The translations under genes were made by a program, and so were the position numbers. A stretch of 64,000 bases of DNA from the NCBI GenBank assembly GCA_945872695.1, contig CAMCAL010000002.1, positions 504-64,503 on the forward strand. Direction: 5' to 3'. Below the pieces are notes generated by a model. It searched no databases, was not told the origin of the DNA, and worked only from the letters and a program-made list of their open reading frames with translations. Position 1 is the stretch's first letter; each line of letters starts with the position of its first letter. Of this stretch, positions 19,006 to 29,562 are shown piece by piece. Origin of the DNA: an uncultured Lactobacillus sp. Its GTDB lineage: Bacteria; Bacillota; Bacilli; Lactobacillales; Lactobacillaceae.

Positions 19006-19710
19006 TTAGTTCAGCGCATAACGACGACGCAGCCGGTCCTCGATCAGCTGGAAGATCTTAGCGAAAATCCAGCAGATGACGATGTAGATGACGAGCGCGT
19101 CGGTGTAAGTCTCGAGGTACTTGAACCCGATCGATGAGACGATGTTGGCCTGTCCCATGATCTCGACCAGACCGATGTTGTAGATTAGCGCGGTGTCCTT
19201 GATCAGGTCCAAGAAGATGTTGGTGAAGTTAGGGATCAGGTTGGTGATCAGTTGCGGGACCACGATTTGGGTCATGGTTTTGAACGGGGTCATCCCCACG
19301 GCGAGGCCCGCTTCATACTGGCGGTAATCCACCGAGTGGTAGGCAGACCGGATACTCTCCGAAAGGTTGGCCATGGCGTTGAGCCCGTATGCGGAAAAGG
19401 CAATCACAATGGCGGGGAGGCCGTCCGGATTGGTGTTCCAACCCCAGCTCCGCATCAGGACCAGCAGCTGCGGTAGTCCGTAGTAGACCACGTAGAGTTG
19501 AACCAGGATGGGGGTTCCCCGGATAAAGGACACCAGGACTGCCAACACCTGGGAGAGGACGGGAATCTTCTTCTCCCGCGCGATGGCAACTAGGATGGCG
19601 AGAATCAGGCCAACGAGGGTTGTTACTACTGCCACCAGGAGGGTGAGGGGAGCAGCCGCCAAGATCTGACCGAATGACTCCCGCGCAAAGTTTAAGTCAA
19701 ACAAGAGCAT
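19006..19710 (-). CDS. Amino-acid ABC transporter permease
   Basis: 234 aa HisM/HisQ-type permease with an EAA-like loop (ESIRSAYHSVDYRQYEAGLAVGM). Confidence 0.85.
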   Translation of the reverse strand: MLLFDLNFARESFGQILAAAPLTLLVAVVTTLVGLILAILVAIAREKKIPVLSQVLAVLVSFIRGTPILVQLYVVYYGLPQLLVLMRSWGWNTNPDGLPAIVIAFSAYGLNAMANLSESIRSAYHSVDYRQYEAGLAVGMTPFKTMTQIVVPQLITNLIPNFTNIFLDLIKDTALIYNIGLVEIMGQANIVSSIGFKYLETYTDALVIYIVICWIFAKIFQLIEDRLRRRYALN

Positions 19711-19723
19711 TTCCTCCTTTCAG

Positions 19724-20395
19724 CTAAATGCGGATGGCAGCGAAGCGATTCCTGATCAACCGGAAGATTCCCTCGATGACCAGGACGATTACCCAGTAGG
19801 TCAATGCCAGGAGGATAAAGATCCGGAGCTGGTGGATTCCGGCCGTCTGGTTAGAGAGGTTCGAGGCCTCGTTGTAAAGGTCGTAGAGACCCAGAACATA
19901 GACCAGTGAGGTCGCCTTGACCAGGCCAATGACCAGGTTCTCAATGTTTGGCAGGGCAATGATGGTTGCCTGGGGGATCAGGATCTGCCAGAAGGTGGTG
20001 CGATCAGGTAGCCCGATTGACCTAGCCGCTTCCAGCTGGCCAGGATCAACGGATAGGTAGGCGCTCCGGAAAGCCTCTGACAGGTAGGCACTCCAGCCCA
20101 GTGACAGCCCCAGCACCCCGAAGGTCAACCTGGTCCAGCCGTCGATATTGATCCCGATAGCCTTCAGAAGGACCGGCAGTCCGTAGTAGGCTAGCAGGAG
20201 CATCAGCAACGGTGGCGTCCCCCGAATCAGCCCGAGGTAGACGTGGGCGATCCCGGTGGCGACACGGTTCTTTCGTAGGTCCAGCCAGGTCAAGAAGATC
20301 CCTAGGATGGTCGCAAAAATAAAGGAGAGAACCAACAGGTAGAGGGTATTTGGCAGCCCCCGCAGGATTACGCCCAGTATTTTGGTGTTACTCAA
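19724..20395 (-). CDS. Amino-acid ABC transporter permease
   Basis: 223 aa with an EAA-like loop (EAFRSAYLSVDPGQLEAARSIGL). Confidence 0.85.
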   Translation of the reverse strand: MSNTKILGVILRGLPNTLYLLVLSFIFATILGIFLTWLDLRKNRVATGIAHVYLGLIRGTPPLLMLLLAYYGLPVLLKAIGINIDGWTRLTFGVLGLSLGWSAYLSEAFRSAYLSVDPGQLEAARSIGLPDRTTFWQILIPQATIIALPNIENLVIGLVKATSLVYVLGLYDLYNEASNLSNQTAGIHQLRIFILLALTYWVIVLVIEGIFRLIRNRFAAIRI

Positions 20396-20410
20396 TGGTG
20401 GTCGCCTCCC

Positions 20411-21154
20411 TTAGTTGGCATTGCTGAGGGCCGTCAGGAACTGCGCCGTCCGTTTGTTCTGGGGATGGTCAAACAGGTCTTGTGGGGCCCCCTCTTCGAC
20501 GATCTTACCCTCATCGAAGAAGACGATCCGGTCGGCCACCTGCCGGGCAAAACCAAGCTGGTGGGTGACGATGATCATCGTCTGGCCAGCCTCGGCGAGC
20601 TTTCGCATATCACCAAGCACGGAACCGACCAGCTCGGGGTCCAAGGCGGAGGTTGGCTCATCAAAGAGGATGATCTCGGGATTCAAGACCGTGGCCCGGG
20701 CAATTCCAATCCGCTGCTGCTGACCACCGGAGAGTTGGGACGGGTAGAGCTGGGCCTGTTTGCTAAGCCCCAAACTAGCCAATTCCTTGGTAGCGATGGC
20801 ATTGGCCTTGTCCTTGGCCATCCCCTGGGCATAGATCAGTCCCTCAGCGATGTTTTGCAGGGCCGTCTTGTTCTTGAAGAGGTTGTAGTTTTGGAAAACC
20901 ATCGCAGAGTGGCGCCGCACCCACTGCACGTCTTTCTTGTCCGGCTTGGCCAGGTCAATCTGGTGACCGGAAAAGTCCATTGAGCCCTGGTCAGCGTGTT
21001 CCAGGAAGTTGAGGTTACGCAGGAAGGTGGTTTTCCCAGAACCAGACGGGCCGATCATAACGACGATCTCACCCTTTTGAATATGGAAGTCAATCCCCTT
21101 GAGGATCTCTCGGTCGTTGAATGATTTGTGTAAGTCTTTAACCTTTAGTAGCAA
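20411..21154 (-). CDS. Amino-acid ABC transporter ATP-binding protein
   Basis: Walker A GPSGSGKTT, signature LSGGQQQR and Walker B ILFDEPTSALD. A likely TTG start at 21154 lies 7 nt after AAAGGAGG. The track start at 21220 would overlap the upstream gene by 53 nt. Confidence 0.9.
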   Translation of the reverse strand: MLLKVKDLHKSFNDREILKGIDFHIQKGEIVVMIGPSGSGKTTFLRNLNFLEHADQGSMDFSGHQIDLAKPDKKDVQWVRRHSAMVFQNYNLFKNKTALQNIAEGLIYAQGMAKDKANAIATKELASLGLSKQAQLYPSQLSGGQQQRIGIARATVLNPEIILFDEPTSALDPELVGSVLGDMRKLAEAGQTMIIVTHQLGFARQVADRIVFFDEGKIVEEGAPQDLFDHPQNKRTAQFLTALSNAN

Positions 21155-21167
21155 GTTCCTGCCTCCT

Positions 21168-22175
21168 TTAGTTATGTGCGGCTTCAATTGCCCAACGCAA
21201 GTGGTCGTAGTCGATGTCACGTGGAACCGTGCAGTCGGCTCCGAGCAGGACCCCTTGGTTACCGGCTTCGCTGATCAGTGCGTGGACCTTGTCCTGGATC
21301 TGTTGCTTAGTGCCGGAGTAAAGGATTCCCTTGGTGCTGTTGTCCAGGCCACCCATGACCGGCCGATCACCGAAGAGCTTCTTACCAGCGGCCAAGGAGT
21401 AGCCATCGGTCTCAGTCGCCCAGTTGATGACTTGCAGTGGGTAGTTGACGAACCAATCCAGGTGGTTGTCGGCCCCGTCGAATCCGCAGATGTGCAGGAT
21501 GTTGAGTGGGGAGACGGCGTTGATAGTATTTTGGACGTCGATGTCGATCGGCTCCATTACCTCTTCAAAGAACTGCGGGTTACTGGTCCGTTCATCCTGG
21601 ATCTCCTGGGTGCTGTAGTAGATGCCATCGATATCGGTGGTCATCAGGGCCTTGGCAACCTTCTTCTGGTCGTCACTGATGACTTTCAGAACGTGGAGAA
21701 CGAGCTGGGGATCCTCTTCGTACATGTCGGCGAAGCGCTTGTCAGCCAGCAGCAGTGGTTCCTGGTAGTGCTCAATCAGTGCCCACTTCAGGAGGAACAG
21801 TGGTGAGAACATGGTGACAAACGTTGGCCGGTCACCGGCGAGCTGCTTTTGCTTTTCGGCCAGGGCCACCTGACCAGTCAGCCAGGGATCATTCTCTTCG
21901 ATTGGCCGTAAGTTATGGAGGTCAGTGATGCTCTTGGGATCGTTAACGCCATGGAAGGGGTAGGGGAAGTAGCCATCGAGCATTGTCTTGGCGAAGTCAA
22001 CGTCAACGGCCTGGTAGTAGTCCCGGTGGCCGTTTAGGTTGGTCGTCAAAACGCTAGGGGTAGTGGCGGCGTTGGTAAACTCGTTATCAGCGAAGTGCCG
22101 CCAAAACGATGCAGGAATCTGGTCAACGGTTTCGTTATGTAGTGCCTTAAGGACGGTTTCACGACTTAAACTCAT
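21168..22175 (-). CDS. URO-D / MtaA-like family protein (putative zinc-dependent thiol methyltransferase)
   Basis: 335 aa. The HxC motif (LHICGF) plus a distal Cys (GADCTVPRD) resemble the zinc ligands of the MtaA/MtbA and MetE-type alkyltransferase superfamily. The assignment is by eye only. Confidence 0.5.
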   Translation of the reverse strand: MSLSRETVLKALHNETVDQIPASFWRHFADNEFTNAATTPSVLTTNLNGHRDYYQAVDVDFAKTMLDGYFPYPFHGVNDPKSITDLHNLRPIEENDPWLTGQVALAEKQKQLAGDRPTFVTMFSPLFLLKWALIEHYQEPLLLADKRFADMYEEDPQLVLHVLKVISDDQKKVAKALMTTDIDGIYYSTQEIQDERTSNPQFFEEVMEPIDIDVQNTINAVSPLNILHICGFDGADNHLDWFVNYPLQVINWATETDGYSLAAGKKLFGDRPVMGGLDNSTKGILYSGTKQQIQDKVHALISEAGNQGVLLGADCTVPRDIDYDHLRWAIEAAHN

Positions 22176-22202
22176 AAATAATCACTCTTTCTAGTTGAAT
22201 AC

Positions 22203-22241
22203 AAAAAACGCCACCGATCAATGACATGATCGGTGGCGTTT
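22203..22241 (-). terminator. Leader terminator 2 (strong), just upstream of the MtaA-like gene
   Basis: On the minus strand, AACGCCACCGATC / GATCGGTGGCGTT forms a 13-bp stem followed by TTTTTT. It ends about 27 nt before the ATG at 22175. Confidence 0.75.
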
Positions 22242-22270
22242 ACCTACTTTAAGCGGGTTTTCGTGAGATT

Positions 22271-22342
22271 AAAAAAGTCAACCTCAAAGAAAACGGCCAG
22301 CTGAACTCATGTCAGTTTGTCCGAATGTACTTGAAGGTTGAC
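22271..22342 (-). terminator. Leader terminator-like hairpin 1
   Basis: On the minus strand, GTCAACCTTCAAG (22342-22330) pairs with CTTTGAGGTTGAC (22289-22277) and is followed by TTTTTT (22276-22271). Confidence 0.5.
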
Positions 22343-22370
22343 AACACATTGCAGATTTAATGAATGACAT
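22284..22370 (-). CDS. Candidate 28-aa leader peptide MSFIKSAMCCQPSSTFGQTDMSSAGRFL
   Basis: The ATG lies 8 nt after AAAGGAG. It sits inside the 5' leader of the operon and is not in the ORF track because it is under 60 aa. Met-Cys-Cys occupies codons 8-10. The stop codon lies in the 3' arm of hairpin 1. Confidence 0.4.
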   Translation of the reverse strand: MSFIKSAMCCQPSSTFGQTDMSSAGRFL

Positions 22371-22401
22371 GGGTTCGGCTCCTTTCGAAATTGATACTTG
22401 T

Positions 22402-22431
22402 ATTCTAGAATACTGTGTCGACGTTTGTCAA
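22402..22431 (-). promoter_or_regulatory. Sigma-A promoter of the MtaA-like/ABC operon
   Basis: On the minus strand, TTGACA (22431-22426), an 18-nt spacer, then TAGAAT (22407-22402). The perfect palindrome GTATTCTAGAATAC (22400-22413) covers the -10. Confidence 0.7.
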
Positions 22432-22508
22432 CAGAATTTTACTGATTTTTTGTTAGCCAAATCAAAAAGCCCCGCAGATTGCGGAGCCGTGGGCGTTTGA
22501 GTATTTAA

Positions 22509-22628
22509 TTATTCGAAGAAGACGACCTTACCATCCACTTTGAATGGCAATGCCACTGAACCTTTCGAGTGGCCGTCCTTCTCAAAGTTACGGGTAACGT
22601 TACGAATTGCATTAGTGTTTAGTAGCAT
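22509..22628 (-). CDS. Small 39-aa ORF MLLNTNAIRNVTRNFEKDGHSKGSVALPFKVDGKVVFFE
   Basis: The ATG is preceded by AAAGGGG. A terminator GGCTCCGCAATCTGCGGGGCTTTTT follows directly downstream (about 22466-22492, minus strand). It is not in the ORF track, being under 60 aa. Confidence 0.45.
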   Translation of the reverse strand: MLLNTNAIRNVTRNFEKDGHSKGSVALPFKVDGKVVFFE

Positions 22629-22938
22629 TATGATCGCCCCTTTCTTTGTTGTTCAACTGTAAAATAACATGTTTATCGAGACATTTACAGTTAAAAATGC
22701 CAGTCTAAGAAAGTCTCTCATTATTGTCCAGCTAAATTTTGCATAATCTGCGTGGCTGTACCGACTGCGCTGCATAAAAGGCGTCGTCTAGGCCCTCGTG
22801 GCCGGTCAACCGATGAATATAGATTTATTTTGCTGCGAATAAGAATTTGCTAAGCAGATCAGTGAGACTTTTCTTCTTTTCAATTGCAATGTTACCGGTC
22901 AGCCCTTAGGATAGAAACGAATATGGAGGGGATTAATC

Positions 22939-23787
22939 ATGAAGATAACCATTGGCTTGACCACCTGGACCGAGCACCCGGCCCTGATCAATAACGAACA
23001 ACGGCCCGTCACCTTAAATGAATACGCCCAGCACCTGCCGACGGTGGAAGTGGATACCTTCTTCTACGCCCTTCCCCAGGTGACGACGATTCAGAACTGG
23101 CTGGCTGAGGTGCCAGAGTCGTTTCAATTTATCGTGAAGACTCACCGGGGGATGACTCTTCACGAACGGGGCCAGGAGAAGGGGGAGCTCGAGCAGCTCT
23201 TCAATCGTTACCGTAAGACGGTGGCCCCCCTCGTGGCAGCTGGCCAGCTCAAGACGGTCCTCTTCCAATTTCCACCCTATTTTGATGCCTCACCGCAAGA
23301 TATCGAATACCTCCGCCTGGTCCGGCTCTGGATGGGGAACCTGCCGATCGCCATTGAGCTGCGTAACCAGACCTGGTACCGGCCGGGGACGTTGAAATCC
23401 CTGTTGGCCTTCTGTCGGGAGCTCCACTTCACCCTGGTCGCGGCCGATGAACCCCATGGTACCGTCACCTCGGTTCCCTTTGTGTTGGCGACGACCAATC
23501 CGGACCTGGTGATGATGCGTCTGCACGGGCAGAACACGGAAGGCTGGATCAACCAGGGGAAGAGTTGGCGCAAGACCCGGACCTTATATAAGTACTCTTC
23601 TGCCGAATTGCAGGCGTTCTGTGATCAGATCAACCAGTTGACACCACAGCCCAAGGAACTCTGCGTGGTCTTCAACAACAACTCGGGAAAGGACGCCGCC
23701 CCGAATGCTCTCCAGCTACAGAAGATGCTTGGTATTCACTTCACCGGTCTGGCACCGCGCTCACCTGAACAGATCGACCTGTTTTAG
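22939..23787 (+). CDS. DUF72 (YecE-like) family protein
   Basis: 282 aa. The N-terminus IGLTTWTEHP, the FYALP motif and the overall pattern are typical of DUF72. Confidence 0.75.
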   Translation: MKITIGLTTWTEHPALINNEQRPVTLNEYAQHLPTVEVDTFFYALPQVTTIQNWLAEVPESFQFIVKTHRGMTLHERGQEKGELEQLFNRYRKTVAPLVAAGQLKTVLFQFPPYFDASPQDIEYLRLVRLWMGNLPIAIELRNQTWYRPGTLKSLLAFCRELHFTLVAADEPHGTVTSVPFVLATTNPDLVMMRLHGQNTEGWINQGKSWRKTRTLYKYSSAELQAFCDQINQLTPQPKELCVVFNNNSGKDAAPNALQLQKMLGIHFTGLAPRSPEQIDLF

Positions 23788-23849
23788 CCTGTTCCCGGGC
23801 GGCTAATATGCTATACTAAACTGTAAAACTAATCTTAGAAATCAATTAG

Positions 23850-25892
<2,043 letters not shown>

Positions 25893-25904
25893 AGCAGGCC
25901 AACA

Positions 25905-26720
25905 ATGAGCAAGCACGTAAGTTGGCGGAAGGTCTACGATTCGCATACCCACCTGAACGATGAGCCGTTTTACGATGACGTGCCAGCCTTCATTGCCCGG
26001 GCTGACCATTATGGCGTTACGGAAATGAATATTGTCGGTTCAAACCGCCAGCTCAATGACCGGGCGATTGCGTTGGGACACCGTTACCCTAATCTGCACC
26101 CGATCGTTGGTTGGCACCCGGAGGACCTCGCGACCTTCAATGTGACCGAGGAAGCACACCTGAAAGCCCAGCTGACGGACCCAACTGTGGTGGGGGTCGG
26201 TGAGATTGGCCTGGATTATTTCAATGACCAGCACTCACCCCATGACCAGCAGTGGGCCCTGTTTGAAAAGCAGCTCCAGTGGGCTCGTGACCTTCAGTTG
26301 CCCGTTTCAATTCACTGCCGGGATGCGCTGGCGGACACGTACGCGATCCTGAAGAATGCCCACCTTGCCGAGTTTGGCGGGGTGATGCACAGCTTCAATG
26401 GGAGTCCCGAATGGGCAGAAAAGTTCATGGGTTTGGGGATGGCGATCTCCTTCAGCGGGGTCGTCAGCTTCAAAAACGCCACCGATGTTCATGCGGCAGC
26501 TATAGCAACTCCGCTGGACCGGATGATGGTCGAGACCGACGCCCCGTACCTGACCCCCAAGCCGTACCGGGGAAAGCAGAACGAGCCCGCCTTTACCAAG
26601 TTCGTGGTGGACGCGATCGCTGAGCTGAAGGGTGTCGATGCCGAGCGGGTCGCTTACCATACTTACCACAATGCTGTCCAACTATTTCTCAAGGATGGAG
26701 GACATGATGAGCAAGATTAA
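25905..26720 (+). CDS. TatD-family metal-dependent hydrolase (YabD-like)
   Basis: DSHTHL, GEIGLDY, SIHCRDA and ETDAPYL motifs are present. Confidence 0.9.
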   Translation: MSKHVSWRKVYDSHTHLNDEPFYDDVPAFIARADHYGVTEMNIVGSNRQLNDRAIALGHRYPNLHPIVGWHPEDLATFNVTEEAHLKAQLTDPTVVGVGEIGLDYFNDQHSPHDQQWALFEKQLQWARDLQLPVSIHCRDALADTYAILKNAHLAEFGGVMHSFNGSPEWAEKFMGLGMAISFSGVVSFKNATDVHAAAIATPLDRMMVETDAPYLTPKPYRGKQNEPAFTKFVVDAIAELKGVDAERVAYHTYHNAVQLFLKDGGHDEQD

Positions 26721-27267
26721 AGAAGTCATCGTTGTTGAAGGCAAGGATGACACCAAACAGATTCATAAGGCGGTCGATGCTGATACCTATGAGACCAACG
26801 GCTCAGCACTGTCGAATGTTGACTTAGCCCGGCTGAAGAAGCTCCAGGCCACCCGCGGCTTGATTGTCTTCACTGACCCGGACTTCAATGGGGAAAGACT
26901 GCGGAAGATGATCAGTGCGGCCGTGCCGGGAGTGAAGCACGCCTTCATTCGGCGCGACCAGGGGGTACCAGACGAGGCCCATGGTAGCTTGGGGGTAGAA
27001 CACGCCACGCCGGCCACCATCAAGCACGCCCTTGCCCACCTGTATACGCAGACGACCGCACCCACGGCTAGCTTCACCATTCAGGACCTGCAGGCAGCTG
27101 GTCTGACGGGAAATTCCCAGGCGCGGCATCGGCGGGAGCGTCTAGGCGCCATCCTGGGAATCGGCTACGGCAATGGTAAGCAGCTGGTCCACCGGTTAAA
27201 CATGTTTCAAATCACGCCTGCCCAGTTCAAGCAGGCACTGGCAAAGATTAAGCAGGAGGAAGAGTGA
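26704..27267 (+). CDS. rnmV: Ribonuclease M5 (5S rRNA maturase, Toprim domain)
   Basis: [13 protein letters not shown] and [13 protein letters not shown] are present. ATG 26704/26707 follows GGAGG and overlaps the tatD end. The track start at 26632 is too far upstream. Confidence 0.9.
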   Translation: MMSKIKEVIVVEGKDDTKQIHKAVDADTYETNGSALSNVDLARLKKLQATRGLIVFTDPDFNGERLRKMISAAVPGVKHAFIRRDQGVPDEAHGSLGVEHATPATIKHALAHLYTQTTAPTASFTIQDLQAAGLTGNSQARHRRERLGAILGIGYGNGKQLVHRLNMFQITPAQFKQALAKIKQEEE

Positions 27268-28160
27268 TGAGTCAGTCACCAGAAATTGGTAGTCGTACCC
27301 GGACCCGGGCGATCATGGAGAAGTATGGGATCCATACTAAGAAGAGTTTCGGGCAGAACTTCTTGACGGACCTGAATGTCCTCAACAACATTGTCACCGC
27401 CGCTAATATCACCAAGGACGATAACGTCATTGAGATCGGCCCCGGGATTGGGGCATTGACGGAGCAGCTGGCCCAGGCTGCGGGCGAGGTGTTGGCATTA
27501 GAAATTGATGCTGACCTGATCCCGGTCTTAGATGAGGTTCTCGCACCCTACGACAACGTCACCGTCCTCAATCAGGACGTCCTGGAAGCTAACCTGCCGG
27601 CACTGATTCAGGAGCAGTTCACTGACCCGACCAAGCCGGTGAAGGTGGTCGCTAACCTGCCGTACTACATCACCAGCCCGATCCTGATGAACCTGCTGGC
27701 CAGTCCGGTTGATTGGGCGGCAATCTGTGTCATGATGCAGAAGGAAGTTGCCCAGCGCTTGACGGCGGCACCAGGGACCAAGCAGTACGGGGCCTTGACG
27801 CTGGCCATTGAGTATCAGATGGATGCCAAGATCGCCTTTGATGTTTCCCGGCGGGTCTTCGTACCGTCACCAAACGTTGACTCAGCAATCGTTGTTTTGA
27901 CGTCACGTAAGCAGCAGTTGGCGGTTCAACCGTTTGACAAGCAGAAGCTCTTTGGCTTCATTCGCGGTTGCTTTGCCCACCGGCGGAAGAGCCTTTGGAA
28001 TAACCTTCAGGGAGTTATCGGCAAGCAGCCCGCTACTAAGGATAAAATGGCAGCCGTCCTAGATGAGCTTGGTATTTCACCGCAGATCCGGCCGGAACGG
28101 CTGACCCTTGACCAGTTCATTGCCCTGGCAAACGCCCTTCACGCAGCCGAACTCCTGTAA
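27267..28160 (+). CDS. rsmA: 16S rRNA (adenine1518/1519-N6)-dimethyltransferase
   Basis: The FGQNFL motif and the SAM-binding [12 protein letters not shown] are present. ATG 27267 lies 7 nt after AGGAGG and shares 1 nt with the rnmV stop. Confidence 0.95.
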   Translation: MSQSPEIGSRTRTRAIMEKYGIHTKKSFGQNFLTDLNVLNNIVTAANITKDDNVIEIGPGIGALTEQLAQAAGEVLALEIDADLIPVLDEVLAPYDNVTVLNQDVLEANLPALIQEQFTDPTKPVKVVANLPYYITSPILMNLLASPVDWAAICVMMQKEVAQRLTAAPGTKQYGALTLAIEYQMDAKIAFDVSRRVFVPSPNVDSAIVVLTSRKQQLAVQPFDKQKLFGFIRGCFAHRRKSLWNNLQGVIGKQPATKDKMAAVLDELGISPQIRPERLTLDQFIALANALHAAELL

Positions 28161-28243
28161 AAATCCGTCCCACACTGTATGACAGTTCTTTGAATTGTGT
28201 ACATTAATCCGGTATACTGGTTAGTACAGTGAGGGGGAAGACG

Positions 28244-28477
28244 ATGCCAAATAGTATTGCTGAAATTAAGGAGCTGCTGAACAACCGCATTGGTCAGCAG
28301 GTGGTAGTGAAGGTGCAGGCCGGTCGCAAGCGGGTGAAGACGCTGCACGGTACGTTGAGTAAGACCTATCCAGCAATCTTCATTGTTCACCTGGATGGTG
28401 ATGGCGATGACCTCCAACGGGTCTCATACACATATACTGACCTGTTAACCCATAACGTTTCGCTTGCTTTTGAATAA
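28244..28477 (+). CDS. veg: Veg protein
   Basis: 77 aa. IAEIKELLNNRIGQQVVVKVQAGRKR matches the conserved Veg family. ATG 28244 follows GAGGGGG. Confidence 0.9.
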   Translation: MPNSIAEIKELLNNRIGQQVVVKVQAGRKRVKTLHGTLSKTYPAIFIVHLDGDGDDLQRVSYTYTDLLTHNVSLAFE

Positions 28478-28482
28478 AAATT

Positions 28483-28520
28483 AAGTCCGCACCAAATTTG
28501 TCTTTTGGTGCGGACTTTTT
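28483..28520 (+). terminator. Intrinsic terminator of veg
   Basis: AAGTCCGCACCAAA / TTTGGTGCGGACTT is followed by a T-run. Confidence 0.85.
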
Positions 28521-28615
28521 AGTCAAATCAATGCATTTTGCTAATACTTGCCAGCATGCTACCGGCATTAGTATAATCAAAATAAGATCTTTTCCGGGAA
28601 GGAGTGGTGTTCGCG

Positions 28616-29467
28616 ATGCTTGTTACAGAAAAGGCTCCCGCAAAACTTAACCTGAGTCTGGATACCCCCATGCGCTACTTTGATGGCTCGCCACGCTGGG
28701 ACATGGTGATGGCCTCGGCCGACCTGGCTGATTACGTGACCGTGGAGACACATTCCCGGCCCGCGACAATCAAGGTTTACACCGACAGTGGCTTTTTACC
28801 CAATGACCAGCGTAACCTGGCTTACCAGGCGGCTCATATTCTCCGCAGTCGTTTTCACTGTCGGGAAGGGGTAACCATTCGGATCAAGAAAAACATCCCC
28901 GTGGCGGCTGGCCTGGGCGGTGGTTCCTCGGATGCGGCCGCGGTACTCCGGGCCTTAAACCGGATCTGGCGCCTCGGCCTCAGTCAGCAGGAACTGGCTA
29001 AGGTGGCCCTGACGATCGATTCCGACGTACCCTACTGTGTCTACAGTCGGTTGGCCCATGTGACTGGTCACGGTGAGCAGATTGAACTGCTCCCTGACAA
29101 TCCGCACTACTGGGTGGTGATTGCTAAGCAGCAGACGAGTGTCTCCACCCCGCAGATTCTTCGCCAGATTAACTATGAGAAGCTGGAACACCTGGATAAT
29201 AAACGTCTGATCGCGTGCTTAAAGGCTCAGGATTGGCGAAACGCCGTCAAGTACATGGGCAACGTCTTAGAGCCGGTGACGATGCAGAGTCACCCGGAGA
29301 TTCGTCGGCTGAAGGATAAGATGACCAGCTTGGGCGCAGATGTGGCCCAGATGAGTGGGACGGGACCGACCGTTTTTGCCATCTGCCATACCGAATCGCG
29401 GGCCCACCGTATTCAAAACAGTATCCGGGGCTTTTGCCGGGATGTGCATGTCGTGACCCTGTTGTAG
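28616..29467 (+). CDS. ispE: 4-(cytidine 5'-diphospho)-2-C-methyl-D-erythritol kinase homolog (GHMP kinase)
   Basis: APAKLNLSL and the GHMP motif PVAAGLGGGSSDAAA are present. The position between veg and purR matches Bacillus. Confidence 0.85.
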   Translation: MLVTEKAPAKLNLSLDTPMRYFDGSPRWDMVMASADLADYVTVETHSRPATIKVYTDSGFLPNDQRNLAYQAAHILRSRFHCREGVTIRIKKNIPVAAGLGGGSSDAAAVLRALNRIWRLGLSQQELAKVALTIDSDVPYCVYSRLAHVTGHGEQIELLPDNPHYWVVIAKQQTSVSTPQILRQINYEKLEHLDNKRLIACLKAQDWRNAVKYMGNVLEPVTMQSHPEIRRLKDKMTSLGADVAQMSGTGPTVFAICHTESRAHRIQNSIRGFCRDVHVVTLL

Positions 29468-29472
29468 ATTAA

Positions 29473-29510
29473 AGGTTGGGACCAAGGAAAATGGTCGCCA
29501 ACCTTTTTTT
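29473..29510 (+). terminator. Intrinsic terminator of ispE
   Basis: AGGTTGGGACCA / TGGTCGCCAACCT (one bulge) is followed by TTTTTTT. Confidence 0.8.
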
Positions 29511-29521
29511 CGTGGCAAGGC

Positions 29522-29550
29522 TTGCACACCAGTCCAATCTTCGGTAAGAT
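29522..29550 (+). promoter_or_regulatory. Sigma-A promoter of the metal ABC operon
   Basis: TTGCAC (29522-29527), a 17-nt spacer, then TAAGAT (29545-29550). Confidence 0.6.
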
Positions 29551-29562
29551 AGTTCATGTTGT

